Below, piece by piece: positions 31,849 to 42,633 of a stretch of 64,000 nucleotides of DNA. Numbering within the stretch: position 1 is the stretch's first letter; the number at the start of each line of letters is the position of its first letter. The DNA is from Patescibacteria group bacterium (GTDB lineage Bacteria > Patescibacteriota > WWE3 > UBA101185 > UBA10185), in NCBI GenBank assembly GCA_041658075.1, contig JBBAAW010000001.1:24778-88777 (forward strand), given 5' to 3'. The notes below the pieces were generated by a model. That model was not told the origin of the DNA, made no database searches, and was given only the letters and a program-made list of their open reading frames with translations. The position numbers and the translations under genes were made by a program.

Positions 31849-33266
31849 AGACTTTTAAAGTCAACAAAATTTGACACTTTTACTGCCCAAACATAAAGAG
31901 CAGTAAGAAGTATAAACGACGCCATCTTTATGGGCAAACTTTGAATGTTTGACGCAAAAGAAATTACTAATGCTTGAGCAATTAAAGTATAATGCTCGTG
32001 AGTAAAAAGCCACACTCCCAACCTGGCCTTGCTCAGCAATATAGACATCAGGAGAGACACAGCGGTTCCAAAGCACATAGCGTACGACATTGATGTTAAG
32101 GGGTTAACGAGTCGTCTTGTTCCAAAATAAAATGCGATTGTAGAAACCAGCATCATGATAAATATAAGCGTCATCTCTCTGCCCATCTTTGCTGGTACTA
32201 AAACACTCGACTTGATAATGTCCAAGAAGGAGTAGAAGACAAAGGCAAAAACTATCGGCAGGATTAATATTATTGCTTGGGAATATTTATTAAAGAGTCC
32301 CACAATCTGCACTACTTCTTTACTCCAGAAAATCGCTGTAAAAGCCAAAGGCAATATAAAAACAAAGATTTTATTAAAGTTTTTTCTAAAATAGTCTGTG
32401 AAATCTACTCTGTTGTTTTGATATTTATCAGAGAAAACTGCCAAGTTAACATCTGTAACTGCATCCGATACCGCCAGAATCTTTTTTGCGTAAAGCATGG
32501 CAAAACCAAAAATTCCCACTACTTCCGCAGTTACAGAAAGTCCCAATAAATTTGGTCCAATATTTTCCCAATTAGTGTAGATAATTTTCACTAAAAATAT
32601 TGCCATAGAAATTGAAAATAACTCTTTAAATAAGGTCATAAACTCTTTTATTGATGGCATCTCAAACCAGTCGCGTAAAGGTCTAAAGGCAAGAAATGCC
32701 AAAGAAATGGAACTTACAATATTAAAGGTCAGTAACGCATAAAAATATCCGTTAACTTTATAAAACCAAATTAAAGGCAAATATAGCGCCAGCGATACCA
32801 AGGATATTGCTGCTTGGTATATAAAGAGTCGCTTAAATTTTTTCATACCGCTAATTACGGCATTAAAAATTCCTTGAACTCCCTGCGCTACCATAACAAA
32901 GGCATAAATTCTAATTAAATTAATAATCTCCGGGTTATTATACTTCTGTGATAAGAAGCCAGCAGACACAAAAAGACCCACAGCCAGGGGTAGGGAAATC
33001 ATGTATCTAATTACCGTGGAAGTAAAAAAGATTTGGAAGACTTCCTTGGAAGTCTTCGCTCCGGCAATTTCTCTAGTGCTGGCTCCCGCGAGTCCCAAAT
33101 GTTGATAAATCCCCAGAGCGCTACCAAGAGAAAGCGCGGTTCTAATGGTTCCCCATTCGCCTACGCTTAAGATTTTTAAAATAAAGTAACTTTGCAAGAT
33201 GCCCACCGCCATAGCGGTCATTCTTGAGATAAAGCTAATTATCTGCCATTTTCCTAGGTCTTTCAT
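31818..33266 (-). CDS. Wzx-type oligosaccharide flippase
   Basis: 12-14 TM polysaccharide-transporter pattern. Confidence 0.8.
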   Translation of the reverse strand: MKDLGKWQIISFISRMTAMAVGILQSYFILKILSVGEWGTIRTALSLGSALGIYQHLGLAGASTREIAGAKTSKEVFQIFFTSTVIRYMISLPLAVGLFVSAGFLSQKYNNPEIINLIRIYAFVMVAQGVQGIFNAVISGMKKFKRLFIYQAAISLVSLALYLPLIWFYKVNGYFYALLTFNIVSSISLAFLAFRPLRDWFEMPSIKEFMTLFKELFSISMAIFLVKIIYTNWENIGPNLLGLSVTAEVVGIFGFAMLYAKKILAVSDAVTDVNLAVFSDKYQNNRVDFTDYFRKNFNKIFVFILPLAFTAIFWSKEVVQIVGLFNKYSQAIILILPIVFAFVFYSFLDIIKSSVLVPAKMGREMTLIFIMMLVSTIAFYFGTRRLVNPLTSMSYAMCFGTAVSLLMSILLSKARLGVWLFTHEHYTLIAQALVISFASNIQSLPIKMASFILLTALYVWAVKVSNFVDFKSLWQKYLKRPF

Positions 33267-35401
33267 TTCACCTCCATGTTGCCTAAATAAATACTTCTAG
33301 TTCTAATATTATTGCTCATGCCCACAAAAGCGTGGTAAGCGCCGGGATCGACCGCAGTGGGAACTGTTAGGTCGACGTTTTCAATGTAATAGCGACCTTC
33401 ACCCCAGTCCTTAATGTTTACTAGTCCGTATGACGGGATGTTAGCGCTTTGATAAATTTCCCCCGTTTCGCTATTTATAAAAGAGGTAAAAATTACATAA
33501 TCGTCGGGTTTCTTAGACTCTTTTCTATACACAAATGTAGCCTTAGATGGATTGCCACGTGTAACTGTCCTTGGTATTTCAAAATCGGCAAGAAATAAGT
33601 CCTCAAAAATCTCTAACTTCTGATCCGGCGCATACTTATAACGTTCCTGCATGGGAAGTTTGAGCGACTTTGTTTGGGCAGACCCTTTTTTAAAGACAAA
33701 AAGATTGCCGCACCCCGCCACATTTTGATAATTGGGGTTTGTAATCATGTCGCTCACCACATCCCGCACCAACGATATATCCGAATCCAAAATGCGCATA
33801 ATCTTCTGCGAGAAGACATCCACAATTATATAATCTGCCTTGGAATAAAGGGCGGGGAAGATAGCATAAGTTTCTCTTTGCGCAAGGTGCGCGCCAAGGT
33901 AATCAGGACCGGAAATGGGGGCGGTAGGGGGGATGATGTCCATAATTATTTTTGCGCACTCGCGATCTTTGTTTTCCAAGCCGGAAATTTTAAATCTGTC
34001 GCCAAGCTTCAAATTTTTACTAAAATTTACCTCGCGGTCAAATTTGGCGTAAGCGATGGAAGAAACCCTTTTTGATACCGCCTGCGTGAGCCATAAAAAA
34101 ACTGGATTGTTGAATTTGTAAGTTGTGTAAATGTTTGACACTAAAACTGCCAACGCTAAAATGCTTACCACTACGTTAGGGTGGCTAGGTAAGAATTTTA
34201 AGTGCTTCTTTCCCGCCACGACGAGCTGCGAAAGGGTGGCAATGGCAAAAATAGTCGACAGGAACACTACGGGTATAATCATGGAAACCCTGTGATTTGA
34301 TATTTCCGCAGTTCCAATTCCTCCGGCGGTAGTGGCATAGTTTATTAAAAGGTCGGGAATGGCGATAATTAAAATTTGCGGTGCCAAAAACGGTAAAAAC
34401 AAAGAGGGAGCAAAAGTTTTATTAAAGTTGTCCAGCTTATCGCCACCAAAAATAATATTCACCAGACGCTTTGGATCTGTTACCATTCCCAGTAAAATAC
34501 TTCCGTAAGAGTCGCCTAAATCCTGATACCGCCCCAAGAAATAATTTGATTTAATAACATCGCTTGTGAGTTCGGTGTCTACACCGACCTCCTGCGTAAA
34601 GTTTGTATAACTTTCAATGCGGTAGTGAGTGTTTTTAGGAATAATGATAAAAAAAGCCGTTATTAACCACATCAAACCCACAACGAGAAGACCAAATAAA
34701 TTTTTTGCCATTGGATGACTCAAATACGCGCGAATCCATTTAGTCGACAATAATTTAAAACCTTGTGGAAAAGGCGTCCGATAAATTAATCCAAACACGC
34801 ACAGTAAAATTATATATAACGGAAGTTGCTCCTTCCCGCTCATGGTGACTATGGCGCTAATCCAAAGTCCTACTTTATTCTTTCTCTCTAGAAAATAAAA
34901 CGAGAGCAAAAAGAAGGGGATAGCGGCAGAAACTCCGTGAAAACCTGTTTGAGTATTTAAATAGCCAAGCGCAGGATAAAAAAGATAAGCCAGAGATAAC
35001 AATGTTGCTGCAAAGTTGGATCTTAAATTCATTTTAGCTATTTTAAATAGGACTAACGGCGCCAAAACTGTAGTCAAAAAAAGTTGAGCAAATACCAAAG
35101 TTAGGGGATGAGGAATAAGTGCAAAGATAGGTACAAACAAAAGAAGAATTGGATCCACATGACTCATGGACCAGCGGGGAACATTGCCACCAAAGTAATC
35201 GGTTAGATACAAAGGCCGGCCCTGTAGGGTATTCCAAATCATTTGCGTCATATTTCCAAGGTCAAACTTTCCAAAGTCAAAATTGTTATAGCGGAAAATA
35301 TTTATTCTTACGGAAATTACGCAAACTACCGCGGACATCGCTAATACGATTAGTATACCTAAAAGCTCTTTGTTGATTTTGTTGAAAATTTTTGCCAACA
35401 T
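33263..35401 (-). CDS. DUF2079-like (GT-C-like) membrane protein with C-terminal soluble domain
   Basis: FDLGNMTQMIWN, HVDPIL, GFH, KE motifs. Confidence 0.75.
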   Translation of the reverse strand: MLAKIFNKINKELLGILIVLAMSAVVCVISVRINIFRYNNFDFGKFDLGNMTQMIWNTLQGRPLYLTDYFGGNVPRWSMSHVDPILLLFVPIFALIPHPLTLVFAQLFLTTVLAPLVLFKIAKMNLRSNFAATLLSLAYLFYPALGYLNTQTGFHGVSAAIPFFLLSFYFLERKNKVGLWISAIVTMSGKEQLPLYIILLCVFGLIYRTPFPQGFKLLSTKWIRAYLSHPMAKNLFGLLVVGLMWLITAFFIIIPKNTHYRIESYTNFTQEVGVDTELTSDVIKSNYFLGRYQDLGDSYGSILLGMVTDPKRLVNIIFGGDKLDNFNKTFAPSLFLPFLAPQILIIAIPDLLINYATTAGGIGTAEISNHRVSMIIPVVFLSTIFAIATLSQLVVAGKKHLKFLPSHPNVVVSILALAVLVSNIYTTYKFNNPVFLWLTQAVSKRVSSIAYAKFDREVNFSKNLKLGDRFKISGLENKDRECAKIIMDIIPPTAPISGPDYLGAHLAQRETYAIFPALYSKADYIIVDVFSQKIMRILDSDISLVRDVVSDMITNPNYQNVAGCGNLFVFKKGSAQTKSLKLPMQERYKYAPDQKLEIFEDLFLADFEIPRTVTRGNPSKATFVYRKESKKPDDYVIFTSFINSETGEIYQSANIPSYGLVNIKDWGEGRYYIENVDLTVPTAVDPGAYHAFVGMSNNIRTRSIYLGNMEVK

Positions 35402-35410
35402 GTGTTTTAG

Positions 35411-36094
35411 TTAATCAAAGAACCTAAACTTAATAAGTGTTTTTACGGCATGTACGCCGTCACGCCAGGTAATTTTTTTACCTTCCTTCCACGAGCGACC
35501 TTTGTAAGAAATTGGCACTTCCACAATTTTCATGCCCGACTTTAGTATTTTAGAGGTAATTTCTGGTTCAAAATCAAATCTGTTGGCCTTTAAGTTGAGC
35601 GATCTTACAAAGTCGCCGGGCAAAAGTTTGTAGCAGGTTTCCATGTCGGTAAGGTGAGTGCCGTACAAAAGATTGGTAAGTATAGTTAGAAGGCGGTTGC
35701 CAAAATAGTGCAGGTTTGTCATGTCTTCGTAGTCGCCCGCAAAACGCGAACCATAAACAACTTGCGCGCCCTTTTCAACTTCTGCCACAAGTTTTTTGTA
35801 ATCCTGCGGATCGTATTCCAAGTCTGCATCTTGCACAATTACATAATCGCCTGTGGTATGTTTGTAGCCCTCTCGTACTGTAGCGCCTTTGCCATGATTT
35901 TTTGGATTGAGAATAATTGTTAGGTGGGGCTTTTCTTTTGCCATTTTGGTTAAGATCTCGCGCGAGCCGTCCTTTGATCCGTCGTCCACAATAACAATTT
36001 CTTTATCAATTCCGTCCACTTTTTCCACTAAGTTCACAAGCTTTGTAAGAGTTTTTTCTTCGTTATAGCAAGGTATTACAATAGAAAGTTTCAT
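35411..36094 (-). CDS. GT2, DPM1-like polyprenol-phosphate sugar synthase
   Basis: IPCYNEE, DDGSKDG, QDADLEYDP, TDMETCYK, FDFEPE. Confidence 0.9.
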   Translation of the reverse strand: MKLSIVIPCYNEEKTLTKLVNLVEKVDGIDKEIVIVDDGSKDGSREILTKMAKEKPHLTIILNPKNHGKGATVREGYKHTTGDYVIVQDADLEYDPQDYKKLVAEVEKGAQVVYGSRFAGDYEDMTNLHYFGNRLLTILTNLLYGTHLTDMETCYKLLPGDFVRSLNLKANRFDFEPEITSKILKSGMKIVEVPISYKGRSWKEGKKITWRDGVHAVKTLIKFRFFD

Positions 36095-37620
36095 CTTTGT
36101 ACTTTAAGTAACCAAGTAAAGAACATTTTACCACCCGTGGTGTGTTTTGACTCTTTAACAAGCTCGAGGTAAGGGCGTTTTTTCAAGTCGATTTCTAGAT
36201 TTGGGTTAAATTCATTTGTTAGGATTATATAATCAACGCGATTTTCCTGCAGATAGTCTTGTGCTAAGTATTTTTTGTCATCCAAGTTTTTGTATTCCGA
36301 CTCCGGAAGGTACCAGTTCACAATGCTTGCTGTGTCGTTATGAATAATTTTCCTGTCTGCCAAGGCGGATTCATGTAACAAGAAAGTGGAAATTTCTTTG
36401 ATACTGCGATAAATATCTTTATGTAGGTAGATGATTGATGCAGAAAGCGCGAGCATGGAGAGAATCGATGCGACGATAAAAAGCTTACGCTGGTTTAGCA
36501 CTATCGCTAGGATTCCTGCAATCGACATTGACGAAACAAAAATAAAAACTGCCGTGTGCGGACCCAGAAACTGCAACCGCAGATGGTTTTGGGCGATGAT
36601 ATAAACCGCGGTTAAGACGATCGATGCTATTCCCGCCCCGCTGGCGTGGGGTGACGGGGATGATGGGGGTGACCAGAATGACGATACAAAAGCTATAACG
36701 AGGAAGGGGATGATGGGGATAAAAAGTCGGGGAACTGCGGCTGGCCAGGCTAAAATTAGGAGCGATTCTAGTAAAACAAATGTAAAAACATGCGGATATT
36801 TCTTTAAAACGCTGGGTAAATTTATCAACGGTTTCTTGGCGAAAAGTGTGGCGATGAAGGCACTCGCTGGGATGATGCCTAAAACAAAAATGTATGAGAC
36901 CAAATAAGTCAAAAGCATTTCAAAATCGTATTTTCTTCCCACCGTTTCTTCAAAATATGAGGAGGTGAGAGGATTTCTATAAATTAGCCACGGAATTGCC
37001 ACAGTTATAGTTGCTAGGGAAAAAGCCATTGACATCTTTGTCATTCGTGCTTTAGTCACGACGAGTATTCCTACGAGTGTCGCCACTGCCAATAAATAGC
37101 CCTCAAATCGGGTTAAAATTCCTAAACCACAAATAAGTCCCATAACGGTTAGGTACAATATCGATTGCCTACTCCCGCCAGCTTGTTTTTCTCGCCACAA
37201 CTCAAAAACATAGAAACACAGCAGGACTAAAAGGCTAAAAGGCACATCAGCGTAAATTCTTAACGACCAATAAAGATAGACAGGATTTAACGCCAGCAGG
37301 ATAAGGGCAATAATTTGCTGATTCTGCGTCATCAAGTATTTTTTGGATAGTCTGTAGAACACGAAAAGCGAAACCAAACTAACGGCAAGCATAGTGATTC
37401 GTCCCCATACTACCGCGTCGATGGTGTTTGGTCGAACGGCTAGTAGAATCGAGAACAGTGGCGGTCGTTTTTCATCGCTTGGATAGGAGAAGTGTTGGAC
37501 AAAATTACTTGCGCGGAGAATTCTGTAAGAGTCGCCCCATTCTGCGGAGTTCACATTAATAAGTAGCGCGCGTGCAACTAAAATCAACACTAATACAACA
37601 ATATAGACCCGCTTTTTCAT
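36091..37620 (-). CDS. GT-C membrane glycosyltransferase (ArnT/PMT-like)
   Basis: WGDS, KRPPLF, YAD, TRFEG; many TM. Confidence 0.78.
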   Translation of the reverse strand: MKKRVYIVVLVLILVARALLINVNSAEWGDSYRILRASNFVQHFSYPSDEKRPPLFSILLAVRPNTIDAVVWGRITMLAVSLVSLFVFYRLSKKYLMTQNQQIIALILLALNPVYLYWSLRIYADVPFSLLVLLCFYVFELWREKQAGGSRQSILYLTVMGLICGLGILTRFEGYLLAVATLVGILVVTKARMTKMSMAFSLATITVAIPWLIYRNPLTSSYFEETVGRKYDFEMLLTYLVSYIFVLGIIPASAFIATLFAKKPLINLPSVLKKYPHVFTFVLLESLLILAWPAAVPRLFIPIIPFLVIAFVSSFWSPPSSPSPHASGAGIASIVLTAVYIIAQNHLRLQFLGPHTAVFIFVSSMSIAGILAIVLNQRKLFIVASILSMLALSASIIYLHKDIYRSIKEISTFLLHESALADRKIIHNDTASIVNWYLPESEYKNLDDKKYLAQDYLQENRVDYIILTNEFNPNLEIDLKKRPYLELVKESKHTTGGKMFFTWLLKVQR

Positions 37621-37637
37621 GCATTGATTTTAACACT

Positions 37638-38840
37638 TTACTTAACAGGGGTATTTTTTAAGGCAAAGTCGTACACTTTTTCCATTTCCTTAGCCTTTTC
37701 CATCCACGAGTAAAGTCCCACAATCTTATTTTGATCTACATAGGTCTTATTTCCGTCAATAATTTCCATAATCTTTTGCGCTATATGTTTTGGTTCTAAA
37801 TTATCTAAGTAAAAAAGCCCGGTAATTTCTTCTTTGATTTTAAAACCTGAAACCAAGGCTGGAGTTCCACAAGAGAGACTCTGTAAAACGACTTTTGGCA
37901 AACCCTCAAATGACGACGGCAAAACAAAAATATTCGCTGCCTGAAAAGCAATGGCAGTTTCCGGATACGGGGTGTACCCAGCCTTTATAACACGGTTGTT
38001 TAGATTTTTATCCCTAACCATCGTACTAATTTTTGCCAAGTATTCCTTGTCGCCTGAACCTACCAAAAAAAGTTTGTAGAATGGCGGTAGAAATTCTAAA
38101 GCGTTAACCAGTAAGTGTATGTTTTTTCGCTCTGTCATGACCCCATGATTTAAAACAATAATATCGGTTGGATCAAGTCCAAGATCGCGATTGATTTTTT
38201 CTTTTTCTTCCTTACCTACGGTTTTAAAAAGATTTGTATTTACGCCAGTTTCGACTACAAAACATTTGTCCGGATCCGCGTTGTAATACTTTACAGCTTC
38301 GTCTTTATTTTGCTGACTTACGAAAACGCACGCCGATGCCGCTTTTACCGCCCATTTATCCGAACGTTCTGCCAAAGGCCAAGAAATGTATTTGGAATAA
38401 AGTTTAACTGCCGATCTTTTTTCTTCCAGCGCGCCCTGTCTGCCTGCCGTTGTATTATGAAAGTGTACTACTAAGGGTATTTTAAGTTCGTTAGACCAAG
38501 GAAATATCTTCTTTAGAAAGGCACGGTAGGCATATAGCCAAATACCAAAATGTCCGTGCGAGTGAATTAGATCTGGTTTGTTTTCAAAGCGCCAATATAG
38601 ATAGTATAAAAAAACCAGGGGGGAGATTAAAAGACTTAAAGTTGCCGGAACAGGCTCCCGGATAAAAGTTCTAAACTTGCAGTTGGGTAGTTTTTCTATT
38701 GGACCTGCAAAGGGCCACCGCCCGCAGAAGATATCAAATGTATACCCGTGTTTTAACTGGGCTTGGGTCATTTCATATGGTGCCGGCGAAAGCCCGCTCC
38801 AGGGCGGTGGCCAGTCATAAACTATTCGTAAAATCTTCAT
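37638..38840 (-). CDS. Glycosyltransferase family 4
   Basis: FVLPSSFEGLPKV. Confidence 0.9.
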   Translation of the reverse strand: MKILRIVYDWPPPWSGLSPAPYEMTQAQLKHGYTFDIFCGRWPFAGPIEKLPNCKFRTFIREPVPATLSLLISPLVFLYYLYWRFENKPDLIHSHGHFGIWLYAYRAFLKKIFPWSNELKIPLVVHFHNTTAGRQGALEEKRSAVKLYSKYISWPLAERSDKWAVKAASACVFVSQQNKDEAVKYYNADPDKCFVVETGVNTNLFKTVGKEEKEKINRDLGLDPTDIIVLNHGVMTERKNIHLLVNALEFLPPFYKLFLVGSGDKEYLAKISTMVRDKNLNNRVIKAGYTPYPETAIAFQAANIFVLPSSFEGLPKVVLQSLSCGTPALVSGFKIKEEITGLFYLDNLEPKHIAQKIMEIIDGNKTYVDQNKIVGLYSWMEKAKEMEKVYDFALKNTPVK

Positions 38841-40021
38841 AGTATCTTTTCGTAACTGTCGATCATTTTATCCAAGGTAAACTCTTTTTCAGCTTTTATT
38901 CTACCATCTAATCCCATGCTTTTTGCTAATTCACGGTTTTGAACAAGTTCCAGGATTTTGCTTTTCAGGGTGTCGATATCTAACTTGGCTAAAAGGAACC
39001 CGTTTGATTTATTAGCTACCGCGTCTTTATTTCCACCCATATCGGTTGCAATAATTGGCAAACCGGCAAAACAAGCTTCTACCAGCGTCATGGGAAAACC
39101 TTCCACGCGTTTGGTTGGCAAAACAAAAACATCGTTGCAGGAGTACATTTCCACTGCTTTTTCATAAGGTAATTTTCCGTAAAAAAGTACCTTCTGGCTC
39201 ATTCTATATTGTCGGCTTAAACTTTTTAACTCTTCCAAAAACGGCCCATCTCCAATAATGTTCACAAAAATACCGTCAATATCTTTACACGCCAATAACA
39301 ACTCCCGAAGACCTTTTGACTCCTCGATTCGTCCAATGTATAAGACCTTAAACGGCTCGCCATCTTTATCGTCGTCCCAATTCTTGGGAGGAATTTTAGA
39401 TCCGTCAATTCCGTTATGAATAACGGTGATCTTTTTTTCCGGCGCAAAAGTTTCATTTATAATCGACTCTTTTACAGCGCTGGAAACCGCCACAATCTTA
39501 TTACAACCGTTAATGTATTGCCTTTGTCGGCCAAAATAATTTACCATGCCAAACGCTAAACTTTTGGCCGATTTAACTACATCGCCCGTATTTTTCGCGG
39601 AATTTAATAGTGTTTTCATCTCGCTGCCAATGGTTCCATGAGAAATTCCAACGATATTAATGCCCAGCTTGCGTTTTCTTTTTATGACTCCTAGACCTGC
39701 CGAACTTTGGCTAATTACCGCATCAAAAGGTTTTTCTTGGTGGAATTTGAGAAATTCCTGGTATGATTTATTGAACCAATTATTTTTGTCTATCGATGCC
39801 AGAAGCATGTGATACACGCACGGTACAAAAACATATTTGACCGTCGTGGCGGAACCCGCACTATCCATTGTCGTGGCGGTCTTATCCACCATAGCAGGGG
39901 AGAACATTACGATTTCGTGTCCCCGATTCGCCAAACCCTCACATAATACTTTGTTCTGTGTTTCGAGTCCGCCATAGCCTTTATTAAATGTTGTCGATTT
40001 TATAAAAACTGCAATTCTCAT
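38837..40021 (-). CDS. Glycosyltransferase family 4
   Basis: YIGRIEESKG, EGFPMTLVEA. Confidence 0.92.
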   Translation of the reverse strand: MRIAVFIKSTTFNKGYGGLETQNKVLCEGLANRGHEIVMFSPAMVDKTATTMDSAGSATTVKYVFVPCVYHMLLASIDKNNWFNKSYQEFLKFHQEKPFDAVISQSSAGLGVIKRKRKLGINIVGISHGTIGSEMKTLLNSAKNTGDVVKSAKSLAFGMVNYFGRQRQYINGCNKIVAVSSAVKESIINETFAPEKKITVIHNGIDGSKIPPKNWDDDKDGEPFKVLYIGRIEESKGLRELLLACKDIDGIFVNIIGDGPFLEELKSLSRQYRMSQKVLFYGKLPYEKAVEMYSCNDVFVLPTKRVEGFPMTLVEACFAGLPIIATDMGGNKDAVANKSNGFLLAKLDIDTLKSKILELVQNRELAKSMGLDGRIKAEKEFTLDKMIDSYEKIL

Positions 40022-41232
40022 ACTAATAAACTCTCCAATTGACCGATGTTATCGTAGATGTTAAACATCTTGATGGCTTTGGCGTAAGCGTTTTGGGATA
40101 ATTTGTTGGCGAGATCTTTATCCAGAAGCAACTTCTCGATGGCGTTAGCAATGGCTTGGGGATTTTTTTGTTCAATGATAATTCCTGTGACGCTATCCTC
40201 AATGAGATCGGTGATACCACCGGCGTCTGTGGAGACTATTGGAAGCCTAGCCATAGCCGCCTCGATAACCACCGTGGGCACGCCGTCCACATCACCTGCG
40301 CCGGTTTCAACACTAGGCAAAACAAAAATATCCGCTACTTTATAGTACTCCAGAACCTCTTTAAACGCTGTGCCTTTACCCTCGCCGTGAATAAAAACGA
40401 CATCCCCTAACCTCAAAACGTCGATCATTTTAACCAGCTCTTGGTACAAATCTCCTGGTCCTACCAGGTCAACCCTGTGCGCAAACCCTTTATCGCGTAG
40501 AATTTTACTAGCCTCAATCATGTATTTAAACCCCTTTTTCTCTACTAACCGCGTTCCCCCCAAAAAAATTGCTGGAACATCCCACTTAGGCATTTTGGGA
40601 GGACTTTCAAATATTTTAGAATCAATTCCATGATAGATAAGTTTGACTTTTGACTTGTCGACCTCGCCACCCGCTATTTCCAAAGCCTTCTTGTAAGCGT
40701 AAGAATTGCAAATGCTAACGAATATTGCAGATTCGATTTTTTGCGGAATCAGCTCACCTTCCATAAAAACATCGCGAGCGTGGGCGGAAATGCTAAAAGG
40801 TATGTCTAAAATGTGCGACGCTATAAGTGCGGTTGTTGACGGCCACGATAGAAAATGCGCGTGAATGTGTTGGGGTTTAAGATCGGCAATTGTCTTTGTG
40901 TACCCTAGGGATTTTAGAAGAAAGTACATTTTGGAAAAAAAGCTCCGATTAGGCAACTCTAGCGCCAATTTATAACATCGGGTAACTTCTTTTGGGCAAG
41001 TGATTACATAATAGAGTCCACCTAGAAAATCTGCTAATCTAAGTCGTTTATAGACAGTTTGCTTTAACACTTCTTCCGATGTACTGCCTGTGGCTTTGCT
41101 TAGAGATAAAACCGTGATGTCCAGATTGTCCCACTCAATCAGTTTTGATATTTCACGCTCAATAAAAGTCTCACTGATTCGAGGGAATTCAGATATAAAG
41201 TACAAAATCCGCTTTTTGGCACCTTCTTCCAT
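40018..41232 (-). CDS. Glycosyltransferase family 4 (WcaL-like)
   Basis: FPRISETFI, HIHAHF, RLVEKKG, DGVPTVVIEA; start 41232 or 41247. Confidence 0.9.
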   Translation of the reverse strand: MEEGAKKRILYFISEFPRISETFIEREISKLIEWDNLDITVLSLSKATGSTSEEVLKQTVYKRLRLADFLGGLYYVITCPKEVTRCYKLALELPNRSFFSKMYFLLKSLGYTKTIADLKPQHIHAHFLSWPSTTALIASHILDIPFSISAHARDVFMEGELIPQKIESAIFVSICNSYAYKKALEIAGGEVDKSKVKLIYHGIDSKIFESPPKMPKWDVPAIFLGGTRLVEKKGFKYMIEASKILRDKGFAHRVDLVGPGDLYQELVKMIDVLRLGDVVFIHGEGKGTAFKEVLEYYKVADIFVLPSVETGAGDVDGVPTVVIEAAMARLPIVSTDAGGITDLIEDSVTGIIIEQKNPQAIANAIEKLLLDKDLANKLSQNAYAKAIKMFNIYDNIGQLESLLV

Positions 41233-41268
41233 GTGTGTATTATGCAATTTTGCTTTGACGATGTAAAA

Positions 41269-42633
41269 CTACTTTCCGTTTCTCAAAATTGCCGTTGACA
41301 CTATATCTCCATCTTCGGTATAGCCGTTGGTGCGTTTGCCAACCGCAATATAAATAAAGCCCGCGCCTTCTACAGCTTTTTGATCAAGTAGGTTTCTAGC
41401 GTCAAACAATAGTACACCCTTCATAAGTTTTTTGGACTTGGCAAGATCGAGCGACTTAAACTCATTCCATTCTGTAAAGATGCACAAAGCATCTACACCT
41501 TCCAGAGCGTCGTACATGTCCTTGGAGTAATAAATACCATCATGACCTAAAACCTTTTTAGTGTTCTCCATGGCAGCAGGATCGTACACCCGTAGTTTAG
41601 CTCCGTGACCTCTAATCATGTGTATCATTTTAATAGCGCCCGATTCTCTAATGTCGTCCGTATCGCCCTTAAAGGCCAAGCCCAGTACCCCAAAAGTATA
41701 ACCCGATAAATTGTCGTCCATAGCTTTGGTGATTTTTTTCATGAAGTTGAATTTTTGGAGTTCGTTGACTTCCATAACGGAGCGCAGCAGTTTAAAGTCG
41801 TACGCCTGATCCGTGGAAGTTTTGTACAAAGCGGCTACATCTTTGGGGAAACAGCTTCCTCCATAACCCACACCTGTGGCGTTTAAAAAAGCCCGCCCAA
41901 TTCTTTTGTCCAAGCCCACACCTTCTGCTACCACCTGAACATTGGCGCCCGCTCGTTCGCAAAGCTGACCAATCTCGTTAATAAAAGAAATCTTAGTGGC
42001 AAGCAAAGCGTTGGAAGCGTATTTGATCATTTCCGCGCTTCGCAGGTCGCATTCCACTATAGGAGCATCAAAGTCTTTGTAGAGTTCCCTCATAACCTTT
42101 AACCCGCGTTCACTTTTTGCACCCACCACTATTCTATTAGTGTTTCTCATGTCCTCGATAGCCGTACCTTCGCGTAAAAATTCGGGATTGGAGACCACAT
42201 CAAATTCTGTACCCTTGGGCATATTTTCTTGCACGGCGTGCTCTATCCGCTCGTTTGTTCCAACCGGTACAGTGCTTTTTGTCACTATAACTTTATACCC
42301 GTTAAGATTCTGTCCTATTTCCTTTGCTACCGCCATAACGGCCGTAAGATCTGCAGCTCCCGTGTCACCTTGAGGAGTTCCCACGCAAATAAAAATAACA
42401 TTCGACTCTTTAACGCCTTCCGCAGTAGAGGTGGTAAATTTTAGTCGACCTTCTTTAACATTTTTTAAGACAATCTCATCAAGTCCGGGTTCATAAATAG
42501 GCATTACACCTTTTGTAATTTTGTCGATTTTCTCTTTATCTTTGTCTACACCGATCACTTGATTTCCAATATCAGAGAAAATCGCTGCCCCAACTAACCC
42601 AACATAACCTGTTCCAATAACACAAATTTTCAT
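41269..42633 (-). CDS. ugd: UDP-glucose 6-dehydrogenase
   Basis: GTGYVGL, KSTVPVGT, SNPEFLREG, GYGGSCFPKD. Confidence 0.95.
   Translation of the reverse strand: MKICVIGTGYVGLVGAAIFSDIGNQVIGVDKDKEKIDKITKGVMPIYEPGLDEIVLKNVKEGRLKFTTSTAEGVKESNVIFICVGTPQGDTGAADLTAVMAVAKEIGQNLNGYKVIVTKSTVPVGTNERIEHAVQENMPKGTEFDVVSNPEFLREGTAIEDMRNTNRIVVGAKSERGLKVMRELYKDFDAPIVECDLRSAEMIKYASNALLATKISFINEIGQLCERAGANVQVVAEGVGLDKRIGRAFLNATGVGYGGSCFPKDVAALYKTSTDQAYDFKLLRSVMEVNELQKFNFMKKITKAMDDNLSGYTFGVLGLAFKGDTDDIRESGAIKMIHMIRGHGAKLRVYDPAAMENTKKVLGHDGIYYSKDMYDALEGVDALCIFTEWNEFKSLDLAKSKKLMKGVLLFDARNLLDQKAVEGAGFIYIAVGKRTNGYTEDGDIVSTAILRNGK

Noticed and set aside
39843-39889. Short duplication GTCGTGGCGG..TATCCA inside a GT4 gene
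   Set aside because: Only two in-frame copies in a loop; a local slippage event, not an array
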